In this document: positions 28,719 to 38,063 of the stretch, piece after piece
Layout: each line of letters begins with the position of its first letter
Numbering within the stretch: the stretch's first letter is position 1
IMG/VR virus record: IMGVR_UViG_3300045303_000229
Location: 1-59,229 of that record
Length of the DNA stretch: 59,229 nt
Strand: one strand, 5' to 3'
Origin: a virus
Taxonomy: Duplodnaviria; Caudoviricetes
Translations under genes and position numbers: made by a program
The notes under the pieces: model-generated
Database searches by the model: none
The model's input: only the letters and a program-made list of their open reading frames with translations
What the model was told of the DNA's origin: nothing

Positions 28719-28865
28719 CTACCGGATCTCGGATGGCAGCAAGATCGCGCCGCTACTCAGCACGAGCATCCATTCGCGGTACTTGCGGACTCCGACGATT
28801 TCTAGGTCGTCACCGCGGTACATCACCTTGCTGCCAACCATCTGGGTAATTTCTCGTTTGGTCAT
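28719..28865 (-). CDS. 48-aa hypothetical protein (not in ORF track)
   Basis: MTKREITQMVGSKVMYRGDDLEIVGV..., abuts the RHH gene and is preceded by TCCGGAGTGT boxes. Confidence 0.55.
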   Translation of the reverse strand: MTKREITQMVGSKVMYRGDDLEIVGVRKYREWMLVLSSGAILLPSEIR

Positions 28866-29232
28866 GCTCTTACCCTGATCCTACTCGTGCGAATCCGGAG
28901 TGTCCGTCCGGAGTGTGGCGGTCGGTATCCGGGGAGTGTATCCAGGTACCTGCGCATCGTCCGGCGCGTGCGTAGCCCATCAGGATCCGGTGGCCTGGCG
29001 GGCTCGCAGGGCTCGATCAGGCGATGGCGCTCGTCCACGAGCCAGCGAACCATGATCGGCTGCATGCTCACCGCGAGCTCATTCGGAGCGCGCCTGGCGA
29101 TTAGCCTCATGGCTGCCAGCCGCACCGGCGTGACGCGAAAGGTCGGATCCTCTCCGCACCCCGGGCAGGGAGACCTGGACCCGAGTCGACCGGTCCATGC
29201 GCAGGCGCAGACCACCGGCTGTAGCTTGGCCT

Positions 29233-29538
29233 TCACTCGTCACCCGGATCGAAGATCTGCGCACGATCGAAGCTGACGATCTCCTTCTGCACGCTCGGCG
29301 GCAGCCGGTAGCGCAAGATCTTGTCCTCGTACTCGAGGAACGCGGTCGACCTAAGGAAGTAGGCAGCGACGACTCCGGGCAGACGCAGTGCTCCATGCGA
29401 GAGCGCGCAGTGCTTGCTGTTCGCCTTCTTCGCGTTGACAACATCGCTTGACGTGACGGCGACGAACGCGCGCGCCTTGGCGTCGACGATCGGAATTCCA
29501 AGGTCTTCGGCGCGATGGTACACGTACGGTTTGCTCAC
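29233..29538 (-). CDS. Hypothetical phage protein
   Basis: GTG start MSKPYVY after a GAAGGAG RBS. Confidence 0.6.
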   Translation of the reverse strand: MSKPYVYHRAEDLGIPIVDAKARAFVAVTSSDVVNAKKANSKHCALSHGALRLPGVVAAYFLRSTAFLEYEDKILRYRLPPSVQKEIVSFDRAQIFDPGDE

Positions 29539-29707
29539 GGTATCTCCTTCAGTTTGTGTAGCGCCCACTCGAGCGCCTTGCGTTCGGCCCACAGGAACGA
29601 GATCCTCTCGGCGGGCCACTGTTTGGCCGGGAGGATCCTGGCACCTTCGGTAACCTCGACGCGCCATGCCAGCATGGCTTCGAGTCGTCGGACCCGCTTC
29701 GCATCGC

Positions 29708-30037
29708 TCACAATCCGAGCTCCTTTCGTGACTCGAGACATGCCATGCCGCCAGGGCGGAACCTGGCGCATACCCCCGGCCTGCTCGCGTAGATCTCGCA
29801 GGAGACCTTGACCCCTGGATCCCCACGAAGAAACCCACAGATCTTGCCGAACTCCTCGGTGAACACGCCCGGAGTCGACATCCTAGCGTCGTCTAAGATC
29901 GTGATCACCTTTAGATGCCTACGATGCCATGGCTTGATGCGCTCGATCTCTCCCGGAGAGACGTCGGCGAATCCGAGATCGTCGTCCATGCCACCGATGC
30001 AGCAGGCGCCGCACGTCTTGCAGTCGAGCGCCGGCAT
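29708..30037 (-). CDS. YkgJ-family CxxCxxCC cysteine-cluster protein
   Basis: DCKTCGACC...C.FL...CEIYASRPGVCARF. Confidence 0.85.
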   Translation of the reverse strand: MPALDCKTCGACCIGGMDDDLGFADVSPGEIERIKPWHRRHLKVITILDDARMSTPGVFTEEFGKICGFLRGDPGVKVSCEIYASRPGVCARFRPGGMACLESRKELGL

Positions 30038-31165
30038 CAGTCATCCTCCGATTCTTGGCCCCACAGCCCGACGTTAAGGCACGCCTCCAACTGATCCACG
30101 TAGAGCCGCGCGCTGAATCCAGCAGCCAGACTCAGCGAGGACATGAACGCCATGACGCGCCACCTTGGCCAGGGCTCGCGGTGCTGGGATTCGATGGCGA
30201 TCATGGATCGCCTCGGAGTCGTTCGACCACCGCTTGAGCGAAGTCCGCCAGCGAGTCTTCCGCTTGCCGCTCGGTCTCGCGCACGTTGCGCACGGCGAGC
30301 TCGCGCTGGATCGCGCTGATCCGCAACTCGAGTGCCCGGAGCGCGAATGGATCATCTTCCGCGTGGTGCCTAGCCTTGACCGCCCACAGATGGTGTAGCA
30401 ACGCCTTGACGGTCAACGTGAACAGGTCGATCTCGTCCCATCTATCACGCGGATCCATCTGGCACCTCCTGCAGGATCTCGCCGAGTCTCGCATGCAGCC
30501 AACGGGCCTCGTCGGTGGTCAGGTTGATGTAGCTGTGCGGGGTGATCCTGTTCGCGTCCAGACGGTCGACGCGCTCGGGCAGGACGGTCTCGTCGTGGAT
30601 CGCGATGCTGTCGTCGAACTGATACCTGGAGATCCGAAGTCGGCGACCGGGCCATGCGACCTGGTCGTCGTCTGGGCGGACGGCGGCATAGCGGGTCACT
30701 TGCGCACCGCCCGCTTGAGCGCGCGCTCGTCGTGGTCTAGCTGGACCAGCAGGGCGTACGGCACGGTCCATTCCCCGCTGGATTCAGCATCGCGCACGGC
30801 CTCGACCGCGTCCAGCCAGTTCTCCACGAGCTCGGCCGGGACCATGGCGGTACCTGGAACGTCGACCACCACGGTGTCCTCGTCATCCTCTGACAGGATG
30901 GAGCGGGCGCCTCTGATCACCGCGAGCGCACGCATCGCTACGCCCTGGGCGATCGCCAGCCTGCGTTCCGCGTCGGCTGCCCGGTGCTCGGCGTCCTCAA
31001 GCGCGGTCAGCAGATCGTCCACGGAGCAACGTCCGACGCTCGCATCCGGTGCCGCGGGTGGAGCGTGTGACAGGCCCAGCATCTTGCCGTCGGCGTAGTA
31101 GAGCGCGGTCTCGGTGCGCGGTGAGTCGGGCACGTCATGGAACAGGTGCGGGATGAGAGATTGCG

Positions 31166-31894
31166 TCATGACTCCTCCATGAAGAACTGGATCTCGTCTC
31201 CGATTAGATGCGGATGCAGGTCCACAACGACCGGATCGTCTACCATGGCGAGTACTTTCGCTGCCTCCATCTCCCAGCAAGGCACCCCTTCCTCCCAGCC
31301 ATCGGAATCCGGACCGAGCGCTACGATCGCGCGGTCGATCGCCTTGCGCAGAGCGGCGTCCCAGGCGGCGTCCCAGGCGGCGTCCCTGGCGGCGTCCCAG
31401 GCGGCGTCCCAGGCGGCGTCCCAGGCGGCGTCCCTGGCGGCGTCCCTGGCGGCGTCCCTGGCGGCGTCCCTGGCGGCGTCCCAGGCGGCGTCCCTGGCGG
31501 CGTCCCAGGCGGCGTCCCTGGCGGCGTCCCAGGCGGCGTCCCTGGCGGCGGCCCTGGCGGCGTCCCAGGTCGCCAACTCTGCCGATCGCTCGCTCAAAGG
31601 CAGGGCATAGATCCTGCGCAAGTCCTCGATAAGGCGCGAGTGCTCGGCGCAGTCCTCGGGTCGTCCTGCGAGATGCGAGACCAATGCGGCCGAGTCGATC
31701 GCGAAGGTCCGAGCCGCGGACTCCGAGCGATACCACAGCGCCCGGCACAGCACCCACAGCCGGTCATCCAGCGAGACTGAGTCGTCAGCCGCGACCTCGC
31801 GCGGAGTCAGCCCGGACCGTCCTCTAAAATGCGATGCGATGCTCTGATCATCCCAGCACGCGTTCCATTCCTTGAGCAACTTTGGCGTTATCAC
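31166..31894 (-). CDS. Phage protein with (AA[W/R]D)n repeat tract
   Basis: GTG start, N-terminal LKEWNAC...DDRLWV...ARTFA.D.A domain followed by ~18 tetrapeptide repeats. Confidence 0.75.
   Translation of the reverse strand: MITPKLLKEWNACWDDQSIASHFRGRSGLTPREVAADDSVSLDDRLWVLCRALWYRSESAARTFAIDSAALVSHLAGRPEDCAEHSRLIEDLRRIYALPLSERSAELATWDAARAAARDAAWDAARDAAWDAARDAAWDAARDAARDAARDAARDAAWDAAWDAAWDAARDAAWDAAWDAALRKAIDRAIVALGPDSDGWEEGVPCWEMEAAKVLAMVDDPVVVDLHPHLIGDEIQFFMEES
31353..31568. repeat. 12-bp coding tandem repeat (ggcggcgtccc[a/t])
   Basis: About 18 units, differing mostly at one base (W vs R codon). Confidence 0.95.
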
Positions 31895-32264
31895 TTGGAT
31901 TCCTTCCGGTTGAACTGATCTGCGATGTGCCGACGAACCGACTCGCAGAACTTGTCGTTTCGCGCCTCCCACCGAAGGCCGATGGAGCGCAGGTTGTTGC
32001 GAAGCTCGGCGCTGGCGTCGAGCGCGAACTCAGCCGCTCCTCCCGCGTGATGCCACTCGAGGATCTGCTCCGTGGTGAGCGAGTCGGCGGTGTGAGGGCA
32101 GGCGTAGCTTCCATCGGGATCTCCGATGTGCTCGACCCTAAGGCATCCGCACACCCTGCAGGTTCCCTCGGTATTCAGCGGAGTCCACACGCGACGCGCC
32201 CTGGCTCCACTCGCAGCCGAGAACGCTGCGGCGATGATCGCGGATCCGATGGCCAGGGTTCCGA

Positions 32265-32435
32265 TCATGACGCAACCGCCATCGTCGTGATGTCAGCGAT
32301 CGACGCCTCAGTCATCGATTCTCTGGAGATGAAGTTCGCGATCGCGACCACGGCCCCCCCCATCTCCTGCTCCGGATAGCCGGAGCCGTAGCCGGAGCCG
32401 TAGCCGTAGCCGTAGCCTCTAGCGAGGGCGCTCAC
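32265..32435 (-). CDS. 56-aa Gly-Tyr repeat microprotein (not in ORF track)
   Basis: GTG start overlapping the upstream stop, MSALARGYGYGYGSGYGSGYPEQ... Confidence 0.5.
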   Translation of the reverse strand: MSALARGYGYGYGSGYGSGYPEQEMGGAVVAIANFISRESMTEASIADITTMAVAS

Positions 32436-32704
32436 TTACCGGCCCTCAGCTTGCCCCAGACATCTTGGTTGCATTCGATCTGCCCACAGCACGCCAGGAC
32501 GTGCACGCGGACCACTCCGTAGTGATCGAGCACGGTATCGGCCGTGGGTCCGCTCAGGGCGATTTCTCCAAGGCCGCGCGACGTACCCCATCGGCGCACG
32601 TTCTGACAGTCTCGGATCACGATGTGATCGCCCTCGCGGGACACGCGCCTCACATAGATCCAGCCGCGCTCCGCGATGATGATCTGATAGTCGTCGTTGT
32701 TCAT
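32432..32704 (-). CDS. DUF6948-like phage protein
   Basis: II.A.RGW.Y...I...VRRWGT..GL.EIA..GP motif, a family typically adjacent to GxG repeats. Confidence 0.7.
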   Translation of the reverse strand: MNNDDYQIIIAERGWIYVRRVSREGDHIVIRDCQNVRRWGTSRGLGEIALSGPTADTVLDHYGVVRVHVLACCGQIECNQDVWGKLRAGK

Positions 32705-33001
32705 TTGGCCCTCGAGCGCTCGATGCGCATGCCGACGTAGGTGAAGTTCAGGGCGACCAGAATCAGGGTGATCACGTGGTAGGTCATGGCTTCCTCGTCA
32801 GTGCCCGCAGCCGAGACAGTTCGATCTCGTCGATGCGCGGGGTCAGGGTTCTCGGGATGTTGATCTCTTCGATCTCCTGCGCGAACTCCGTCAGGTCGAT
32901 CAGGACGTCGTCAGGGTTGAGCGATGGGTCGACCTCGACCGAAAACCGCATTGGAGCCATGTCCGGTGTGCCCTCGTTGGCCCAGCCCTTGATTTCGGTT
33001 T

Positions 33002-33649
33002 TCACCACTTCCATCCCTTCGGCTTCGGGCAATACTGCAGCCACACGTCCGCAGCCCGATACACCCGGAGGAACGAGGTCATCACGTGCACCACCTCGAT
33101 CGCTTCCTCGGCTGGCTGCAAGACGTGGTTTCGCGTGGGCCCCTTCGTGGCAAGGTCGCCAACTGATGTCAGGTCGGAGTTTCTCCGCTCAATGCGCCGA
33201 GCTCCGATCTTGTGCCACCAATCCCCACGATACGGAACTAGCCACGCGCAGTACGGAACCCCACGGCCATACCAACCACCGCGCATTCTGACGAGATACA
33301 GGCCGGGTTCCATATCGATCTCCTGGGGGCAATGTAGATCAGCATCAGCATCAGCATCAGCATCAGCATCAGCATCAGCATCAGCATCAGCAGCAGCAGC
33401 ATCAGCAGCAGCAGCATCAGCAGCAGCATCAGCATCAGCATCAGCATCAGCAGCAGCAGCATCAGCATCAGCAGCATCAGCATCAGCATCAGCATCAGCA
33501 GCATCAGCAGCATCAGCAATCCACACAAACGTGATCGGGATCCCGCGCTCCTCGTGCCAGTCCTTGATCACGGATCGAAACTCCGGGTCGGACAGATGGT
33601 CGGACATCCCGACGGTGGGATCGACCTCGGTCATCGTCGACTCCTGCAC
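33002..33649 (-). CDS. Protein with Ala/Asp low-complexity tract fused to a DUF6948-like C-terminal domain
   Basis: About 60-aa ADAD tract. C-terminal ARRIERR...VGDLATKGP resembles the neighbouring DUF6948-like ORF. Confidence 0.6.
   Translation of the reverse strand: MQESTMTEVDPTVGMSDHLSDPEFRSVIKDWHEERGIPITFVWIADAADAADADADADAADADAAAADADADADAAADAAAADAAAADADADADADADADADADLHCPQEIDMEPGLYLVRMRGGWYGRGVPYCAWLVPYRGDWWHKIGARRIERRNSDLTSVGDLATKGPTRNHVLQPAEEAIEVVHVMTSFLRVYRAADVWLQYCPKPKGWKW
33338..33519. repeat. (AGC/ATC)n trinucleotide mosaic repeat
   Basis: About 180 bp composed only of GCT/GAT codons on the minus strand. Confidence 0.95.
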
Positions 33650-34314
33650 CCGCGCATGAACGCGTCGGCGATGTCACGTGCCGCGAACTGGGGCCAGAAC
33701 CACGCGCAGTAGGGGACGACGAGCGCGAGGAAGGCGAGGCGGCGGATCACTTGGCGCCTGCCTTCGCGCGGGACTCGTAGCCCTCAACGAGGATCATGAT
33801 CGCCCTGCACGCTGACTGCGAGATTTCGCCGCGCATGTCACGCGACGCGCGCGACAGGAACCACTTGATGTCGTCGACCTGTTGCTCGGTGAGCAACGGA
33901 CTGGTCTCTTCCTTCATGGGATCTCCTTCAGTTCCGTCCCGGTAAGCCGGAACATCTCGAGTTGGTCTGCACAGCCCTGGAGCGCGCTACTGCGCTCCTC
34001 CTCGGTTAGGGGCTCGAACCACGCGCCACGATCGAACCCGAGCGCGGCGTACGTGAGGTAGAGCAGCGCCATGTCGTCGGTGGCGACAGCATGGGCCTGC
34101 AGGCGCAGGATGTCGGCCTCGGAGATCACGTCGCCACCATCGCGTTGATCAGGTCGGCGCATTTCGCGAGCGAGTTACACCACGGCTGGTTCCAGCTCTG
34201 ATTCACGAAGTCGAGCCACACGTGGAAGATGCACCCTACCTGCTCGACTCGGATTCCGCGATGCTTGTAGATCCTGGAGGTGTACTCGCCGGTCTTGAGC
34301 TTGGTCATGCCATT

Positions 34315-34343
34315 ACCCTAATCGCGAAAGTCGGCGTTGTCAA
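34315..34343 (-). promoter_or_regulatory. sigma70 promoter, leaderless, for 34126-34308
   Basis: TTGACA-17-TAGGGT-6 nt-ATG. Confidence 0.78.
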
Positions 34344-34667
34344 CATGAGAATCACCTCCCTCTCGCAGGTCGGCGTCGGTAGCCAGCCAACCCCGCACGA
34401 ACGCGTCCCGGATCTCCGGGATCGCGTAGGCGCTCGGGCAGCGCAACTCCCAGGCCTCGCACAGTTGTCCCGAGTAGCGCGCAAACTGGCCGGCCATGAG
34501 CGCGTAGGCTGCGATGGCGCGATTGTTTGCCTCGGCAAGTTCGGCTCGCCAACTCGCCGTATAGTGCTCACTGAAAAGTGATCCGAACCGGTGGTAGTGC
34601 AGCGCCTGCACGAGGTTGCGGGTTGCGTCGCGGATGTGGCGGTCGATCACCCACTGGGGTTGCGTGG

Positions 34668-35183
34668 TCATGACTTCCTCATCGCCTCAGCGCACTCTAT
34701 ACCGACCGACGACACGCCGCCCTGGATGATCATCGACGGAACCCATCCGGAATTCACGAACGCCGTAGCCTGTGCACGCGTGTAGCCACCGCGGCCGCGC
34801 TTACGGTCCCAGTCATCGCCACCTTGAACTAGGTAGTCGATCAACTCCTCCTTGGTCGCGAACGGAGGCGACACTGGCGTTCCCTCGCTGACCGTTTCCC
34901 AGACCTGTACCCATGTCGCGTCCTCGTCACGCCACGTCTGGTATTGCTTCGGATCGATGGGCATACCTTCATCGCGAAGCCACTCGGCCAACGGGTTCAT
35001 CCCAGGCTCGGCGTAGCACTCGCGCTCGATGTCGGTCAGATCCCCAGAACGGATCCGATCGAACTCGGCCAGCCACTCGCGAAACTTGTCCGCGAAGTTT
35101 CCTCGGTACATCGCCTGGAGGTGGCCGCGATCGTCCAGCGGATGTTTCCAGTTCCGCGGCACCATTCTAATTTCTCTTCCCAT
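34668..35183 (-). CDS. Conserved phage hypothetical protein
   Basis: MGREIRMVP..W.HP and QVWETVSEGTPVSPPF.T.EEL..YL motifs. Confidence 0.75.
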   Translation of the reverse strand: MGREIRMVPRNWKHPLDDRGHLQAMYRGNFADKFREWLAEFDRIRSGDLTDIERECYAEPGMNPLAEWLRDEGMPIDPKQYQTWRDEDATWVQVWETVSEGTPVSPPFATKEELIDYLVQGGDDWDRKRGRGGYTRAQATAFVNSGWVPSMIIQGGVSSVGIECAEAMRKS

Positions 35184-35196
35184 GCCTCCCATCATT

Positions 35197-35211
35197 GCTC
35201 ACCTCGTGCCA
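35197..35211 (-). promoter_or_regulatory. sigma54-type promoter (leftward)
   Basis: TGGCACG-AGGT-GA-GC, 13 nt before ATG 35183. Confidence 0.65.
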
Positions 35212-35262
35212 TCTCGCCGACCTCGCAACCTGTTGACCGCGCTCGGGTCACCTCGCCGGATC

Positions 35263-35305
35263 CCGTCCGGAGTGTGGTGCTGTTGCGTCACCTGTCGCCG
35301 GACGG
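35263..35305. promoter_or_regulatory. Candidate upstream activator (enhancer) box
   Basis: gtccggagtgtggtgctgt (35265-35283) is identical to 27206-27224. Inverted ccgtccgg/ccggacgg. Confidence 0.55.
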
Positions 35306-35374
35306 TCACAGTTTTCTGATGGTCGGTACGGTGGCGGCAGAGTACCGGCGCATGGTTGCGAGACCTGTTGACGA

Positions 35375-35389
35375 TGGCACGGTCGTGGC
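35375..35389 (+). promoter_or_regulatory. sigma54-type promoter (rightward)
   Basis: TGGCACG-GTCG-TG-GC, 13 nt before ATG 35403. Confidence 0.65.
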
Positions 35390-35402
35390 ATGATGGGATG
35401 GC

Positions 35403-35651
35403 ATGGAAGAGACCATAATCGCGAACATCATCCTGAACAGCCTCCGCAAGGAGTGGCTGCTCAAACACGACAACGAGAGCATCCAGAACGCCGACTGGAA
35501 CAGGATCGCCATGACGATCGCCACCGACTCAGCCAAGGCGATCGTAGACGGCCTCTCCATCTCTATAGATCCGGATGCCGGACATGACCCGAACTGTCCT
35601 CTAGAGCACTGCGGTCCGTGCATGCATCGTCCGCTGGACGGTGCAACGTGA
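35403..35651 (+). CDS. Hypothetical protein with C-terminal H..C...HC..C motif
   Basis: First ORF of a short plus-strand operon. Confidence 0.65.
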   Translation: MEETIIANIILNSLRKEWLLKHDNESIQNADWNRIAMTIATDSAKAIVDGLSISIDPDAGHDPNCPLEHCGPCMHRPLDGAT

Positions 35652-35775
35652 GGCGCGGAACCGCCCTGGTCATCCGCTGCAACCCCAGCACCGCGCCGAC
35701 GCGCCGGTTCGTGTGGGACCTCGCTGTGGAGCTCGAGTTGTGGCGCAGGTTTGCGGCAGGACAGGACGTGCGCCG

Positions 35776-36015
35776 ATGATCAACATCGCAGAACTTCAGG
35801 CCTCGATCATCCTCGGCACGGATCCAGATCAGATCAAGGAGAACAGAGGGAAGCTCAAAGCGGCGCTCGCAGCGCTGAACGCTCAGCGCTCTATGGTGGA
35901 CGCGCTCAATGCGGCCAACCAGCAGATGTGCGATCACGCGAGCAAGTACTCCTCGAACTGGTGCGGTCGCGATCCGGGCGGAGGAGGCTGCAACACATGC
36001 GGGAAATCATGGTGA
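35776..36015 (+). CDS. Coiled-coil plus CxH...CxxC zinc-finger protein
   Basis: MINIAELQ...MCDH...CNTCGKSW. Confidence 0.65.
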   Translation: MINIAELQASIILGTDPDQIKENRGKLKAALAALNAQRSMVDALNAANQQMCDHASKYSSNWCGRDPGGGGCNTCGKSW

Positions 36016-36223
36016 CACCTCGCACCGACAACCGGATCGAGTACGCGCGCGCGGTCTCGGCGCGAACCCGTCTCGAGGTAGCGCTAGAGCTCATGCGCTC
36101 GGCACGTGGTGAGATCGCTGTGACTCTCCAATCCGGTCATCCGGCTGTGGAGACAGTGCGCCAACTCGAGGTGATCCTCGGGAGAGCGCTGGCCAAGCTG
36201 CAGATCGCGATCAAGAGGATCCC

Positions 36224-36747
36224 GTGATCGCCGCGCTGTTCGTTGCTGCAGGCGGGTGCTACTTCGGACTGGACGACGTCGATCCGTGGGATGAGCAGCG
36301 CGATGCACGCAAGTATGCTGGTCCGCACCCGGTGGTCGCGCACCCGCCGTGCCAGCGATGGGGCAGGTACTGGTTCGGTGGCCCATCGGCCAAGGTTCGC
36401 AAAAACAAGGGGGACGACGGTGGGTGTTTTTCCTCAGCTCTAAGGTCGGTCCGAAGTTTTGGCGGCGTACTCGAACATCCTGAGGCATCGAGCGCTTGGC
36501 GAGCGTTCGGTTTGCTAGCGCCGATGCGCGGCGGTGGATCTCGGTTCGGTGCGAGCTTCCACGGCTGACTTGGCGCGCGTCCGGAGATTTTGTGCGACTC
36601 GACGATGGATACCACAGCAAGGAGGAGCGGGCTCGTGCGACAAAGACCGGCGCATGCCAACGCCTGTCACATCGTCAGCGCTTGGCTACCACTCCAGCAT
36701 TTCGCGACGTCCTTATCGCGATGGCTCGATCGGCGCAACCCTCGTGA
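36224..36747 (+). pseudogene. C5-cytosine methyltransferase-like gene, split by a frameshift/internal deletion
   Basis: AALF (motif I-like), VVAHPPC (motif IV) and GGVLEHP (motif VI) lie in 36224-36568. The C-terminal R.ATTPAFRDVLI.MAR (motif X-like) is in another frame, and the expected middle segment appears absent. Confidence 0.6.
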
Positions 36748-36856
36748 TCACCCGCCTCATCGCCGCTCTGCTCCTGTCCTCGGCGTGGGACCTGCCTGCT
36801 CCGCTCTGCTGGCGTCACAGCCTGGCGCTCCGCGACCTCGGCCTGGCGATGCGCTC

Positions 36857-37183
36857 CTAGACCAGCTTCACGCTGATCGCCGCTAGGGCTTCGCTGACGG
36901 TCCTGACGACCACCGGCGGCTTTCCCCGCCACTCGCGCCACCACTTGACCTGTGCCGGTGTCATGTCGTCGTGCTCTCCACCAGCCCCTCGGTGCTTTCC
37001 CTGCTGGACTGCGCCGCGCGCGGTGAGCGGCAGCTTCACCTCGACCAAGTGAAGCTCGCCTCGCCAACTGACCAGCAAATCTGGGCACCCTGACTCGTTC
37101 AGACGCTGCACGGCCGCGCCGGCCTGGACGAGAGCGTCCACGATGGCCTTCTCGTTCGTATCTCTGCGTCGAGCGTAGGTCAT
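36857..37183 (-). CDS. VRR-NUC / PD-(D/E)xK endonuclease (resolvase-like)
   Basis: RRDTNEKAIVDAL...GCPDLLV...LVEVK...TPAQ.KW. Confidence 0.85.
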   Translation of the reverse strand: MTYARRRDTNEKAIVDALVQAGAAVQRLNESGCPDLLVSWRGELHLVEVKLPLTARGAVQQGKHRGAGGEHDDMTPAQVKWWREWRGKPPVVVRTVSEALAAISVKLV

Positions 37184-37830
37184 ACGGAAACTCGCACGTA
37201 AGTATACGCCTGCTTACCGCTCGCCCAGAACTTCCCAGGAATCTTCACGCGATTCCAACCGTGCGACTCCATCCAGCGAAGTGCATCTCCGGGTGGGCAA
37301 ACGCGCGCCTCCCAGCGTTGTATCCACGTGAATCCATTACGAACTAGATCGCGCTTTCCATGCGTGCCGTTGCTATACGAAGAGCAGCGCGCGCCATCCG
37401 AATTCTCGTTCACTGGCCGCTTGCTTCGGGTCGTCTTGGTCCACCCGGAGCATTCATAAACGAATCCGTTGTGCCCCTCTCCTTCGTCGGAATAGGTAAC
37501 CAACACCGGCCACCTGGTCCTATCTATCGCATGATTCATCTGTCGACGTAGAGGCTTACTGATGTGCTTCAGCCTCCGTCCTGACTTATCAACTGCGACC
37601 ATCCTAGAAAGAGAAAGCACACCCTGTGGGGCCTCTTGGCATACTGCTCTAGCCGCCCCCGGCGGCGGCGGCTGCCACGCGTAGGCCGCGATTGGCGCGC
37701 CATCCTCGAACACCGCGAAGCAATAGGTCATGCTCGCAGATAACGACTTGTACCCATGGTACTGCTCGAATAGTTCTACGACCTCATCGCGTCTTGCGAC
37801 GCGAAGATCGTATCCGGGCGGAAGCCTCAT
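37180..37830 (-). CDS. mom: Mom-family (GNAT-fold) DNA adenine-modification protein
   Basis: E.YHGY, LSLSRMV and LVTYSD.GEGHNGFVYE.SGW match the Mu Mom/XF1762 pattern. Lower GC than flanks. Confidence 0.75.
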   Translation of the reverse strand: MRLPPGYDLRVARRDEVVELFEQYHGYKSLSASMTYCFAVFEDGAPIAAYAWQPPPPGAARAVCQEAPQGVLSLSRMVAVDKSGRRLKHISKPLRRQMNHAIDRTRWPVLVTYSDEGEGHNGFVYECSGWTKTTRSKRPVNENSDGARCSSYSNGTHGKRDLVRNGFTWIQRWEARVCPPGDALRWMESHGWNRVKIPGKFWASGKQAYTYVRVSV

Positions 37831-38063
37831 CTCGCCCTCTTGGCTTCGTCTCGGTGCGCTGCGAGCATCCCATTCGTTCCTCTGTCTACCATCGCACGCA
37901 GAAACTTCTGTGCGAGGTCATCCTCGACGTAGAATGCTGCATGTGCTGGTCGGTCATACTCCAGCAGGCTCACGACGAACTGGCCCAGCCTGAGGTCCGG
38001 GTGCTGATGCCACGCATCGCGCAGCAAGTCGATGATCTCGTCGATTCGCGCCGGGTCTCTCAT
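37827..38063 (-). CDS. DUF1040/YihD-like protein
   Basis: MRDPARIDEII.LL...W...PDLRLGQ. Confidence 0.75.
   Translation of the reverse strand: MRDPARIDEIIDLLRDAWHQHPDLRLGQFVVSLLEYDRPAHAAFYVEDDLAQKFLRAMVDRGTNGMLAAHRDEAKRAR

Noticed and set aside
31353-31568. Possible CRISPR-like or iteron array
   Set aside because: Units are contiguous 12-mers with no spacers and are in frame within a CDS. No cas genes are present.
31208-31780. Elastin-like (GVPG)n ORF and other frames over the 12-bp repeat
   Set aside because: Antisense or out-of-frame read-through of a stop-free repeat.
33135-33659. Ser/Ala-repeat ORF (+) and Leu/Met-repeat ORF 33238-33528 (-)
   Set aside because: These are alternative-frame shadows of the AGC/ATC repeat. 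The Ala/Asp frame fits the local gene direction and has a plausible C-terminal domain.
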